Counted from the first letter of the stretch, positions 12,794 through 25,446 are shown. The stretch is DNA of 64,000 nt from Macrostomum hystrix (GCA_950097015.1 CATNEN010000031.1:3348001-3412000); one strand, 5' to 3'. Notes: generated by a model not told the origin, from the letters alone. Numbers and translations are program-made.

Positions 12794-15041
12794 ATGAGCA
12801 GTTTATTCCAAAGAAACACCATGCCACACTCTACAGAGGCAGGAGAGGAGAAAGTGCCATATCTGAAAGGCCGCATAACAAATGAGAAGCAGCGAATGGA
12901 CGATGGCAAAGAGGCTGAAATGTTTAAGGCGTTGCTTAGCAACAACATCGTAAGCGAAATCAAAAAAGAATCGACGGATGCACGGATAAGCGAAGACGAA
13001 ACTATTCAAGCTGACCAGGCGTTGCTTAGCAACCCAAATGACCTCGAAGGGAAGCCCTTCCAGAAAAATGAATCTGAATTTGACAAGGCGTTGCTAAGCA
13101 AAGGCGTCCTGGAAGGCGAACAGGCGGAGGCTGCCGAATCTCCAGCTGAGTCAGGGAAGGTCAGTGAACAATGCTATTATCTCAACAGTGTGAACATTCA
13201 TTATGCTCGCTTTGAAAGTTAACTAAAGTACAATGCACCATCTCAATCGCTGCTCAGTTCGCTGTTCTGCTGCGGCTGCACTGGCCTCTGTTAGTGCTAT
13301 TGTGGCTGACCCATGTGTGCATCGGCATGGCCAATGCGCTCCCTGGCAGCAGCCTGATGCAGCTGGCGCGGCAGGTTGGCGCAAGCGTCAGCGCTTTGGG
13401 CTTCTGGTTCACGGCCAAGTCCGCTGCCGCCTGCGTGCTAGCCCTCCTAACCGGCTTCCTGTTCAACCGGCTGCCAGAGCGAAGTCGGCTGGCAAGACCG
13501 GCTTTCTTGGCTACCGGAAATTTGCTCAGCGCCGGCGCCATGCTCGGAGCGTCTTTGGCGCACAGCTGCACCCTGGCTCTCTGCTTGGCTGGACTGTTGG
13601 GCGCCGGGCACGGAGCACTGGAGACAGGCAAGCTGGGATTGGCTGGGCCGCCTGATTGACTGGGCTTCCTGATTGGCTGGGCTTTCGATTGGCTGGGCGG
13701 CCTGATAGGCTTGACGTTTATTTTGCCTAGTATTGATTTTTAGTTGTAATATGCTGGACTTTAACATCCTTTACAAAGGATCGCTTTAATAAACATAAAT
13801 TTAGCTTTCTTGCTACAAGCTAGTTAACTTTGCTAGTCGATTTTAAATCTTGAGCCTCAAGCGAATCAAGGCCCTCCGCTTACCCCGCCCCTCGATCCGC
13901 AGCTAACGGCATCCTAGTCATTCGCCTCTTCGGCTCGCTGCAGTCGCGTCCGATCTTGCACTCGCTGCACTTCTGCACCGCCCTTGGCGGCCTCATTGCC
14001 CCGCTGTTGCTGCACCCGTTTCTAGCCAGAGTGGCTTCCGTCAACGCCACGATGGGGCAACAACAGGCCGACGATGACGGTGGGAGCTGCGGCGTCAATC
14101 GCTCCGCGCTGCTGCGCAACGATACGGCGACGATGCAGACGACAACAATGTCTGTCAGTCCTGCATCTGGCCCTATGCTGTTGGTTGCTCCCTACTCCGT
14201 GCTGGTTGCCCTGCAGGCCGCAGTCTCCGTCGGGCTGCTGCTGCTGGCAGCCCGTCAGCAACCAATGACTGTCGAGCTCCGCTCGTCTACGCCGCCAAGT
14301 ACACCGTCGAAGCTTGAGCTGAATCAGCGGCCGCTCTCCGTGTGTCGCCGGCGAGCTCTGGTCTGCCTGACTGTCGTCTTCTACTTCTCTGCCGTCGGCG
14401 GGGAGAACATCTTCTGGTCGTTCGCCAGCGCCTACGCCGCCTGCGCCCCGGCGCTCCGTTTGGACGCTCGCGGCGCCGCCGCCCTGCACGCTGCATTCTT
14501 CACCGGCTTCTTGATCGGCCGCGGCCTCGGCGTTGTTATCTCCCGCTGGGCCCAGCCAACCGGCATCATGCTGGCTCACCTGGCCTGCTGTCTGGCCGCT
14601 CTGCTCGCTCTCTGCCTGTCCGAGGCCGTCTGGCTCACCTTCGCCGGCACCGCCGCGTTCGGCCTCGCAGTCTCCGTGCTGTACGCGACAGGCGTCACCT
14701 GGCTGGAGCAGCAGCTGCCGGTGGCCGGGCCCGTGGCCTGCAGCTGGCTGATTGGAGGCCAGCTGGGTGTGTCTACACTGCCCGCCCTGGCCGGCCACCT
14801 GCTGGTGTCGCCCTCGGCTGGTCCGGCCGCGGTGATGCAACTGGCTCTGGGCGCTTTCGCAGCCGCCGCAGTCACCTTTCTGAGCATGCTGGCGCTGTCT
14901 GGCGATTGCGAGCGATTGCGCCGTGGAGTCTGCCTGCGGCACCCCGCCTGCGGTGGTGAACTGGCAGCCGCCTCCGACAGCGCCTCGGTGCGCAGCTCGC
15001 AAGGAGCCGGGACCGCGGCACTGGAGAAACCTGTTGCGTGA
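12794..15041 (+). CDS. MFSD4: MFS transporter, MFSD4/NaGLT1 (sodium-dependent glucose transporter)-like; join(12794..13159,13258..13627,13903..15041), 624 aa
   Basis: Twelve-TM-like hydrophobic pattern. Motifs IGMANALPGSSLMQLARQV, LET-ANGILVIRLFG...LHSLHFCTALGGLIAPLLLHPF and FFTGFLIGRGLG resemble MFSD4. Exon phases sum to 1875 nt; intron 2 is GC-AG. Confidence 0.8.
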
Positions 15042-15885
15042 GGGTGTCCATCGTAGTGAGGTGTCCTTTGGAGTGAGGAGTCCTTTTGGAGTGAGGTGTC
15101 CTTTGGAGTGAGGTGTCCTTTGGAGTGAGGTGTCCTTTGGAGTGAGGTGTCCTTTGGAGTGAGGTGTTTTTTGGTGTGAGGTGTGCTTTGGAGTGAGGTG
15201 TGCTTTGGAGTGAGGTGTCCATTGAAGTGAGGAGTCCTTTGGAGTGAGGAGTCCTTTTGGAGTGAGGTGTCCTTTGGAGTGAGGAGTCCTTTTGGAGTGA
15301 GGTGTCCTTTGGAGTGAGGTGTTTTTGGTGTGAGGTGTGCTTTAGAGTGAGGTGTGCTTTGGAGTGAGGTGTCCATTGAAGTGAGGAGTCCTTTGGAGTG
15401 AGGTGTCCATTGGAGTGAGGTGTCCTTTGGAGTGAGGTGTTTTTTGGTGTGAGGTGTCCATTGGAGTGAGGTGTCCATTGGAGTGAGGTGTGCTTTGGAG
15501 TGAGGTGTGCTTTGGAGTGAGGTGTCCATTGGAGTGAGGTGTGCTTTGGAGTGAGGTGTCCATTGGAGTGAGGTGTGCTTTGGAGTGAGGTGTCCATTGG
15601 AGTGAGGTGTGCTTTGGAGTGAGGTGTCCATTGGAGTGAGGTGTCCATTGGAGTGAGGTGTCCATTGGAGTGAGGTGTCCATTGGAGTGAGGTGTGCTTT
15701 GGAGTGAGGTGTGCTTTGGAGTGAGGTGTCCATTGGAGTGAGGTGTCCATTGGAGTGAGGTGTCCTTTGGAGTGAGGTGTCCATTGGAGTGAGGTGTCCA
15801 TTGGAGTGAGGTGTCCATTGGATTGAGGTGTCCATTGGAGAGAGGACATTTTGTAATAATATGTCTTTTGGAGTGAGGTGTGTTT
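15039..15885. repeat. Minisatellite, 17-bp unit (GGAGTGAGGTGTCCATT and variants)
   Basis: Direct tandem copies starting at the MFS stop codon. Confidence 0.95.
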
Positions 15886-16298
15886 AATGTACTTCAGACT
15901 AAATTTGATGTAGAGTGTGCATCCCAACTTAATCAAAACGTCTTAGAGAAAAATGAATAGTTTCGTTGATTAAATCGTGGTAATTCTAAAAATCCTCACT
16001 CTACTTTCAAGGTCTTTTGCGCATATCTTTTCTGAATGTAATTGAGTGAAAACTGCTTAATTTATTATTGTCTGATGTTTCGTTTCCACCTGCTGAGCTA
16101 ACTTGAGTCTTTCATATTCAAATATTTTCTTCTTTTATTCTTTTTAGAACCAAGCGCAACTGCAAAGCTGAAAAGTACTTCCCGATTAATCTGAATCGTA
16201 ACTTTCTACTGCAAGTAGTCAAGCTTTGCCGATTTAAAGATTAGCTCTGAATAGGACTTTGCTTTGTTTTTTTATTTAAGCAGTCCAAATGTTTCTCA

Positions 16299-17462
16299 AA
16301 GGACTGAGAATAGATGGGATAAGGGAAGAAAAGGACTGAGAATAGATGGGATAAGGGAAGAAAAGGACTGAGAATAGATGGGATAAGGGAAGAAAAGGAC
16401 TGAGAATAGATGGGATAAGGGAAGAAAAGGACTGAGAATAGATGGGATAAGGGAAGAAAAGGACTGAGAATAGATGGGATAAGGGAAGAAAAGGACTGAG
16501 AATAGATGGGATAAGGGAAGAAAAGGACTGAGAATAGATGGGATAAGGGAAGAAAAGGACTGAGAATAGATGGGATAAGGGAAGAAAAGGACTGAGAATA
16601 GATAAGATAAGGGAAGAAAAGGACTGAGAATAGATGGGATAAGGGAAGAAAAGGACTGAGAATAGATGGGATAAGGGAAGAAAAGGACTGAGAATAGATG
16701 AGATAAAGGGAAGAAAAGGACTGAGAATAGATGGGATAAGGGAAGAAAAGGACTGAGAATAGATGGGATAAGGGAAGAAAAGGACTGAGAATAGATGGGA
16801 TAAGGGAAGAAAAGGACTGAGAATAGATGGGATAAGGGAAGAAAAGGACTGAGAATAGATGGGATAAGGGAAGAAAAGGACTGAGAATAGATAAGATAAG
16901 GGAAGAAAAGGACTGAGAATAGATGGGATAAGGGAAGAAAAGGACTGAGAATAGATGGGATAAGGGAAGAAAAGGACTGAGAATAGATGGGATAAGGGAA
17001 GAAAAGGACTGAGAATAGATGGGATAAGGGAAGAAAAGGACTGAGAATAGATGGGATAAGGGAAGAAAAGGACTGAGAATAGATAAGATAAGGGAAGAAA
17101 AGGACTGAGAATAGATGAGATAAAGGAAGAAAAGGACTGAGAATAGATGAGATAAGGGAAGAAAAGGACTGAGAATAGATGGGATAAGGGAAGAAAAGGA
17201 CTGAGAATAGATGAGATAAAGGGAAGAAAAGGACTGAGAATAGATGGGATAAGGGAAGAAAGGACTGAGAATAGATGGGATATGGGAAGAAAAGGACTGA
17301 GAATAGTTGAGATAAGGGAAGAAAAGGACTGAGAATAGATGGGATATGGGAAGAAAAGGACTGAGAATAGTTGAGATAAGGGAAGAAAAGGACTGAGAAT
17401 AGATGGGATATGGGAAGAAAAGGACTGAGAATAGATGAGATAAGGGAAGAAAAGGACTGAGA
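16299..17462. repeat. Minisatellite, 32-bp unit (AAGGACTGAGAATAGATGGGATAAGGGAAGAA), ~36 copies
   Basis: Period 32 measured (16331 to 16363). Confidence 0.97.
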
Positions 17463-18731
17463 GTTCTTTATCTTGTTGATGATATTGAAGAAGACAAAGA
17501 CTGATAATTCATGATACTAGGAGGACCGGGTAAAGAAGGGAATATAGCAATGGCTTGAATTTTTATAGTAAACAATGTAAAGCAAGTAAGACAAAGCTTG
17601 TGAGTTCGTCACCCAATTGAGAGTTGAGTAGCATTTTGGGTTCCCTTTGACAAAATGTATAAAGGTCACCGTAGTAACGCAACAACAAAAGAAGGCTGAA
17701 TATCTAAGTCGATATTTTCTCAATTCAGAGTTAGATTATTGACATGACCGAAAATTGGGACAAATCAAATTTTATGCCACTAAGTTGGCCTGACTCGAGT
17801 TTTGTTGAAACTTCCAGCAAGAACTACAGTCATATATACCATATGCTAGCCTATACAGGCTGTCACTTCCGCAAACTAACACCAAGACTTCTCATTTATT
17901 GGCATTAGCAACAGCAGCAGCAGCAGCAGATTGGTGGAACACGTGCCAAGCATTGCTGCAGAGCGGAGGCAGGGTGGGTCGGCATTGTCCAAGTCTGGAT
18001 AGGATTTTTGTCGATCTCGTATCGATTTTAAACGCTATACGCAGTTGAGGACCAGGTGTATGCGTCCCCAGGGCTGCCTGCCAGGGGATACGGCAAAGGC
18101 TATGTGGCCTCTGCTATCTGGCTTCTGTATCTGCTTCGTACTATGGACATTTCTGTTGAAATAATAGATTCTAGGATTTGGGTACACCAATTTTTACATA
18201 CATTTTCTCTATGCTAATCTAGTAATGCTCTCATAATCTCGTTTTATTTCTCAATGGCAAGCAAAAAAATAAGTTTACTTTAATTCTTTAATAGACAGAA
18301 AGAATTTTTATCATAAGTTTTCATCGAGCATAAAACTGGTTCAATGACTTAATTTAGGGTATTTAATACTCTTAGACGAGTTATGGTAAAGCAATAAAAA
18401 CGATTAATTGTGGAGTACTGGGCAGGTGCTGATAACATACATGCGTAATTAAGATAGCGCGATAGTCGATCATGCTAATTTGATTGGGTCTCATTAACAG
18501 GTCAAAGCAGTTAGCCTCTGTAACATAATAATAAGTCAAGGAAATGTGTTTGCTCTTTCTGTCTGCTTACTAGAAAGCATTTTTACAGTTGAACGACCAA
18601 CAGAGTTATCGCACCTATTTAAACTGAACGCTGAAAGCTATTCTATTCTATCTATCTTGAAAACTAGAACAACAAATCTCCCACCTGCAGGGGAGGAGCT
18701 GGGCCCAGTCTAATTAGGGGATAAGAGGCAG

Positions 18732-19643
18732 TCAGTCGTCGCCGAGGCCTCTGTCGTAAGCCTCCTGCTCCTCGGCCATTCGCTTGTGCTGCAAGAGAAT
18801 CATCTTCAGCTCGTCCTTGCCAATACCGCCGTCCTTGTCTGTGTCCCACTGCTCCATGATCACCTCCTTGAAGAACTTCATCTTCTGGTCATCAAACTCT
18901 TCGCCAGTGAGCTCCAGGAGGTCCTTGAGGAAGCCTTCCAGCTCATCGCCCTCGATCTTGCCACTCTTATCGGTGTCGTACTTGCGAAAGATTTTTTCAA
19001 TCTCGTAGGTGGACAGCCGGGCCGCATTCTTGAGCAGCGGCCTGCTCAGGTAGTTGTCCTTCACTGGCAGCAGCTTAGCCATCTCGCTGAGCTGCAGCTG
19101 GCCGTCTCCGTTCTTGTCGAACAGTTTCAGGATGGCGTCGGCGTACTCCGATAGTTTCTCTTCGCTCACCGAGGCCTCCTGGTGGCGCTCCTGCAGCAGG
19201 TAGCGCAGGAACTCCCTGAGCTCCTCCTTGTCAATCTGGCCCGAGTTGTCCTTGTCGAACTGCTTCCAGATGCGCATGAACTCCACACTGGACTCAAGCG
19301 GATTGTCCCGCCTGAACAGCAGCAGGAAGCTCTGGTCAGTCGGCAGCATCTGGGCCAGCTCGCCTATCTCGATGCGATTGTCTTCATTCTCATCGTAGGC
19401 CAGCATGAACTCCTCCTTCAGCTCCTTCAGCGCGCTGTCCGAGATCACCTCCTGACCAATCTGGTCCGGTATGATGGACGTCACGAACTCTTTGAGGAAG
19501 CCATCCAGCTCCTCATCCTCGATATAGCCGCTGCCATCCTTGTCATAGTGATTCCACACCTCAAGGAACTGCGCCGCGGTGAAGTTCTTGAAGGAGCGAG
19601 TGTCCTTGTCGCGAAATTTCTGCAAGAAGTTCTCATTTGACAT
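18732..19643 (-). CDS. Cbp53E: Calbindin/calretinin/secretagogin family hexa-EF-hand protein (Cbp53E/calbindin-32-like), single exon, 303 aa
   Basis: N-terminal FTAAQFLEVWNHYDKDGSGYIE and six EF loops (DKDGSGYIEDEE, DENEDNRIEIGE, DKDNSGQIDKEE, DKNGDGQLQLSE, DTDKSGKIEGDE, DTDKDGGIGKDE). ATG at 19643. Confidence 0.93.
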   Translation of the reverse strand: MSNENFLQKFRDKDTRSFKNFTAAQFLEVWNHYDKDGSGYIEDEELDGFLKEFVTSIIPDQIGQEVISDSALKELKEEFMLAYDENEDNRIEIGELAQMLPTDQSFLLLFRRDNPLESSVEFMRIWKQFDKDNSGQIDKEELREFLRYLLQERHQEASVSEEKLSEYADAILKLFDKNGDGQLQLSEMAKLLPVKDNYLSRPLLKNAARLSTYEIEKIFRKYDTDKSGKIEGDELEGFLKDLLELTGEEFDDQKMKFFKEVIMEQWDTDKDGGIGKDELKMILLQHKRMAEEQEAYDRGLGDD

Positions 19644-20854
19644 TGTTGCGCGCCGGTCTGCTGTCGGCAATGATTTTTTTTTTTCAGAATGGAATTCCTC
19701 CAGAATGGGATTGCTGTGAGCACGGCGCGTGAGACCCTGGCGGCTTTATTTGTCTCGGAGCGCGGCCGGAATGAGATTTTTTTAGAAAGGCGGACCGACA
19801 GTCCCTACCAGACGGCGGAGGGTCCCTAGCTTTCTAGTACGCTCTGGAGATCGATTTTATTGCCAATAAGCGACTCCCCCCCGACGGCCCAATCGTCTCG
19901 AGGCTTTATAAAATTTTCTTTTCCTCTTCCTCTTTCAGTCTTTCTTCCCCAGTGTCTGCTAGACCTGGACACTCCCTGCACCTTGGTGTGCCGAAGAAAT
20001 TGAATTTCCCGAATTGGCTATTGTATTGGCTCCTGTGAGCAGAGCTGAAAACTTTCAAACTGCCTTCCACCTACTAGTCAAGGAATTTTCGCATAGCTTT
20101 GCTATTATTCAACTAAAACTAGACAGTCAAAGCCAGTCGATAATTTTTTTGTTTCTAATGCCAAAGCAGTGACGGCGACCCCGGGACGCACCGAACAAAT
20201 TTGCCTTTATAGGTTTGGAAGATTTTTTCAACTGGAGCTTTTAGAAATCATAGAGCTTGACTGGTACAGGGGTAGTGCGGGGAGACAAGCTGATCAAATA
20301 TTGCCGGTATTCTCTCTACCTAATCTAAAGTACCAGAGGCTAAAGGCTTTAATCTTTAGCAACCGCTCTGCATTAACTTAAGTCGTAAAGCCTCGACAAT
20401 TTTCCGAGAATGGCATTGAAACAGCCCTCCAGGTCCACGTAGCGCTGGCACGGCTGTGAATCAATTACAAAACAGATGAACTGCACTTGACGCATTTTTT
20501 TATCAAATAAGGACTGAATGCATAGTGCAAGATTTTGTATTATATATAATATAAATTACTCATTCAAATTAACAATAAGCATGACGATACACAAAGATAA
20601 TAAAGTACCATCAAGTATAATAGCCGGAGATTCTAGTGGGTAAGAATGACAGATTTAATTAAGTCTACAATCCAAAATTGCCTTTATATGCTTTATATGA
20701 TGATTTATGGCCAATTTTCAAAATGCTGCCATTAATTGTTTATACTTGCATATAGAGGCCTCTATAGTTCCTTCACTGGGTTGCTCAAAATTTATTTCTC
20801 TTTACGATAAGTGAACAGCTTCAGTTGCAGCTACGTTGTATGTATGTTTCAGCT

Positions 20855-21215
20855 ATAACTACTTGTGGTCCTTGGGATGGAGCATGGCTGAGCACACCAT
20901 TCGGCTATCACTACTTGTGGTCCTTGGGATGGAGCATGGCTGAGCACAGCATTCGGCTATAACTACTTGTGGTCCTTGGGATGGAGCATGGCTGAGCACA
21001 CCATTCGGCTATAACTACTAGTGGTCCTTGGGATGGAGCATGGCTGAGCACACCACTCGGCTATCACTACTTGTGGTCCTTGGGATGGAGCATGGCTGAG
21101 CACATCGTTCGGCTGTATCTGCTAGTGATCGTTGGGATGGAGCATGGCTGAGCACACCATTCGGCTATAACTACTTGTGGTCCTTGGGATAGAGCATGGC
21201 TGAGCACACCATCGT
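20855..21215. repeat. Minisatellite, 52-bp unit (CTACTTGTGGTCCTTGGGATGGAGCATGGCTGAGCACACCATTCGGCTATAA), ~7 copies
   Basis: Direct tandem copies, decaying towards ~21400. Confidence 0.92.
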
Positions 21216-23338
21216 ATTGAGCGTGGTTGAGCCCAAGCTGAGCTACGAAAGGGAGTGTTGAGCACACCTGTTGAGCAGATTGAACATCACTGAGCAAATC
21301 CGAGGGCTTGAGCACACCTGTGGATTTAACATAGTTGAGCATACCTGATGAATGAGAACAATGTCTGTAGCATTGTTGATCACTCCGGAGGTCTGGGAAA
21401 TTTTTAAGCACACCTGAGAGATATTACATCTTTGAGGCTATAATCGACGCTGGAGTTGTCCTTGCCATATTACTATAATTTGAGGAGAGCAAAAAGGCAA
21501 AATGAATAGACATTTCTACTAGACTTATTGCCCCTCGGGCTGATCACAGCTGGGAAAAGAATTTTCCGGATTATACGGTTGACATTCGCTCACGCCTTCT
21601 CCATTCCTGTTATCGTGTCTATTGATTTATCAGGTCCCAAGGCGCAGCGCGTCCGCATGCAGATTGATAATACTTCATTCGCTGCTGAGCTGCAGAAGTA
21701 GACGTGAAGGGGCAACCGATCGAATTCGCCCGAGAAAATCCACTTATACTTCCACTCATCCATGCAGGGTCACCAAACTTCTTTTTTCTGATTAATCTTC
21801 TCGACAGTGTATTACCTTGACACTTGTATTGAACTGGTTTGCATACAGCATCAGCGAGACTGAGGGAGAACAGACGAAAAATGCGACAAGAAAGTGACAA
21901 CTTCTTCTCTGGTGCTGCTACTCGATAAAATATTCAATTCCCTTGGCGAAGAGACGATCCCTCGGATCAGTATTACAGCAGCCTGGGGATACATGTAGAT
22001 CGAGTGATCGTAAAATATGTAAGTCGAGGAGGAAGAAGACGAGCTTAATTGGAATAAAAATTCAGGCTGATAAGATGTCTGTTGTTGATCAATTCAGCTA
22101 GAACTGCGAAAACTGCGCTTTTCTATTTCTGTTGGGAATCCATTACAAAGCCGCAATGCCAGACAGTAATGTGACCAGAATAAAGCAAAAGTTTTTCGAT
22201 CCCAATTTCAATCAATTGAGATCTGCATCATTATTCATTTATAGGACCATTGAAATATGCAGTCCCCTTATACCACTATACTTTTGGCCTCTTAGAGGTT
22301 CTGATCCAATTAATTTAAGTGCTCGAGTAAAATAAGGCTGTTTTATAAGAACTTTACATGTGTGATTTGCATTGTGAGAGAGCTTCGGCTCGTGCAGTAT
22401 TTTAATTGTGCACATTTCCAAAATGCTATTGTGCAAAAAAACAAATTTTCTTTTTTGAAAATAATTTATAAGCGTCAGTAAGTAAAATACAAATACTTTT
22501 GCATCGCAAAAATAAGCTATTGATATAACGCAGCAATATAATCTGGATCTGGAATAATCTAGAGCACGGAAATGTATTTTTTTTCGTTCAAATTTTTGTC
22601 AAGGAACAAAATAATATATTACGCTCTTTTTGCGGAATTACATTTACGGTCCTTATTACTAATTATATTATTATTAATTATGCGGCAGATATTATTTATA
22701 TCTGCCACAAAAGAATAACCTTTTTGTCAGTGTTCGTTATAATTTATAGCAGTTCTACATGGCTATGCATAAATATGTAAAATAATAAATGTTTAGCTTC
22801 TAGAAAAATTACATATCTTTGACTTTGGACAGCCCACGGAATATTGTGATACCAATATTACTGTTATTTACCTAAGTAGGTAATATATTTTAAAACTTGT
22901 CCAATTTGTATAATTTTATAATTAAAAAATCTAACAATTATTATAATAATAGTTAGACAATGGTAATTTGATTTTGGCATGGCTTAAATTATCTAATTAA
23001 TACTTATAAAAAGGCATGAAAAGTTGGTGGCAGAAGACAACTATGTGGTGTGGCTGCTGTAGTTTGCATTTACAATCAAATTTTAAGTGCCCTAAAGTTG
23101 AGATTTTGTTTAATTATGAAGACAAATGAGAGAACCAACATAGATTAGGCCTAGTTTATTGCCAATGCATTTTGACCAAAGCAATCATTGTCAGGGCTTG
23201 CATAGAAAGAAAATTGCTTCAAAGAAAATATTGAAAATGTCTTTGAACATTTGTTTTACTGCAGTCCAAGTGTCAAGTTGATGGAATCAATGAATTGCAG
23301 AATTTAGATTTCTTATTGTTAAGAATTTTGCACTTGTC

Positions 23339-23372
<34 letters not shown>

Positions 23373-23654
23373 AATTGTTGCTATCAATTTGTTTAAAAAA
23401 TAGATAAAGGAGCTTAATCAGTAGGCCTAGCATCAAAAGGATAGACAAAACTTTGCCTGTATCATCTATTAAAATGTCAATCTGTGGGCAAAAGGCAACT
23501 TCAATCTATAATGTAATTTTTGATGATAAAAGGTCAAATGTATATCGATAACTAATATAGTGGCATAGAAAACTAAAATTGTGAGAATAAAAGTGTAATT
23601 ATTTCTTATTTCTTGCTTTGCTTAGCTACAGTGAAGAAACTCAAGGGAATAACT

Positions 23655-23850
23655 GGAGGTCGTAGCAGTTATATCTTTTGAATAAAAAGTCGAGAGTTCG
23701 AATCTCAACATTGTGTAACGATTCATTATCATTGAGCAAAACACCTGATTCCACATTGCTTTAGTTTACCACCTGGCTAGTATGGGTGGATATTCGGGCG
23801 GGTGTCATTCGCCCAGTCCATGGACTGAACAGTTGAACACAGCATTTTGA
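23655..23850 (+). mobile_element. Degenerate CORE-like SINE (family B)
   Basis: B-box GTTCGAATC, core remnant gagcaaaacacctgattccacattgctttagttt...tatggg, and ccagtccatggactgaacag shared with the 43833 copy. Confidence 0.6.
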
Positions 23851-23909
23851 CACTCTGTGTGATTACAGCAATTTGAGTTGTACTCAATGGGCTCTCCTCT
23901 GAATTCCAG

Positions 23910-24206
23910 GCCGAAGTCGAGGAAACCTTCAAGCGCATCCTGGCGCACAAGGGTGTGGTTGGCGTCATCATTGTCAACTTCGATGGCATCCCAATACGCA
24001 GCTCCCTCGCTGACAGCAGCCTCACGGTGCAGTACTGCGCCCTCATTCAGCAGCTGGCGCAGAAGGCTCGCTCGGCCATTCGCGATCTGGACGCTGGCAA
24101 TGACCTCACCTTCCTGAGGGTCCGATCCAAGAAAAATGAGATCATGGTTGCGCCAGACAAAGACTATCTGCTTGTTGTTGTACAAGAGCCGTGCGACCAG
24201 CATTGA
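23910..24206 (+). CDS. DYNLRB: Dynein light chain roadblock-type (LC7); main exon, initiator ATG on an upstream micro-exon (candidate 22960-22962)
   Basis: After acceptor ttccag: [23 protein letters not shown]...[29 protein letters not shown], the hallmark roadblock sequence. Confidence 0.95.
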   Translation, partial: AEVEETFKRILAHKGVVGVIIVNFDGIPIRSSLADSSLTVQYCALIQQLAQKARSAIRDLDAGNDLTFLRVRSKKNEIMVAPDKDYLLVVVQEPCDQH

Positions 24207-24312
24207 AAATTTTATCGTAACTGGCCATAGTTTTTCACTAAGGCCAGTGAAGTGCGTAGGACGTACGAGCTAGGTGGATGATCTACACTCGCATGCAATT
24301 TTACCCGCTGTG

Positions 24313-24610
24313 TTTCTAAAAAATCACTACCTGAACTCTCCATGGCCAATCAAATTGGCTCGATGATAGTCGAGGCTTGTTTAATATTGGATTCCCCACA
24401 AGCTTTTCTAAAAATAGCACTAGCTGAACTCTCCTTGGCCAATCAAATTGGCTCGATGATAGTCGAGGCTTGTTTAATATTGGATTCCCCATGCACAAGC
24501 TTTTCTAAAAATAGCTCTACCTGAACTCTCCTTGGCCAATCAAATTGGCTTGATGCTTGTCGAGGCTTGTTTAATATAGGATTCCCCACAAGTTTTTCTA
24601 AAAATAGCAC
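24313..24610. repeat. Tandem repeat, ~92-97 bp unit x3, each with internal palindrome GCCAATCAAATTGGC
   Basis: Unit starts at about 24313, 24405, 24502 and 24595. Confidence 0.88.
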
Positions 24611-25446
24611 CTAATCAACCATTTTCTTTTATCCCAATTTATAGTATTTAAGTCGTATTTTTGTGTGTGTCGCTTATAAAGCTTTTTGAGTTAGATTTAT
24701 TGCTCACATTGCTTGAATGGCTTCTAAGTCGGAAAATTCACTATGATCTCAACAGTCTAAAAAATCAACTATTTAAAATATGAGCAAAATTCAACACACA
24801 TTTTTACTAGCGTATAAATTTAAATGTACTGTAAAATTTGTTTATGTTGTTTTCACATTATGGTATTGTATACATTTCCAGAGGTATTCGTTTTAAAGCG
24901 ATGCTTTATTAACATTATTCCTTGCTTTTTGCAACGCCCACGAGTTAGTAGTTTTACCTATTCCATTATCTGGCTTGATCTTTTAACATTATGAAAGTAG
25001 TTAGTAAGTTAGAGTTTATTTTCATTCGTGTTCTGGTCTCTTGTCACAGTTATTGTCTATTAGTTTATCAATGTTTTCGCTTACAAAACTACTTACAGCT
25101 GTATGATTTATTAATAAGTAGTTTTTTTACATTTTTTCTGACTTTCAATTCTGTGATTTTTCCGCTTAAGTATTCACTGCCTAAAATTAGATCTAAATTT
25201 GAGTTTTTGAATCACTAAAGTTCGTTAAAAATGAAGCATTGTTGAAAGTTTTGTTGCTATAGGGCTTTGATGTACTTTTAATTTCGAATATTATCACCAT
25301 CTCTGCTAGAAACAGAATCGAATTAAAGTTACAATTTTCGTTTTTTAGAACCTCAAATCGATACCAGTCGGCTTGTTATACTTTTCTTTAAATTTTAGTG
25401 GCACCGATTCACAAAAAGCTTGTGATAGTTTACGCAACATGCGTGA

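Noticed and set aside
14022-15002. Long antisense or alternate-frame ORFs over GC-rich genes (also 18786-19640, 26562-27344, 46926-47339, 47785-48429, 63487-63885)
   Set aside because: They are shadows of the recognised CDS on the other strand or frame and have no independent motifs.
5663-17462. 32-bp periodic arrays as CRISPR-like loci
   Set aside because: Units are contiguous and near-identical with no unique spacers, there are no cas genes, and the context is eukaryotic.
21600-21900. Minus-strand short ORF MDEWKYKWIFSGEFDRLPLHVYFC...
   Set aside because: About 57 codons with no recognisable family or supporting exons.
23341-23368. (TA)n microsatellite; also (GA)n at 26055-26082 and (GAAACAA)n at ~12675-12710
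   Set aside because: Ordinary simple repeats with no further structure.
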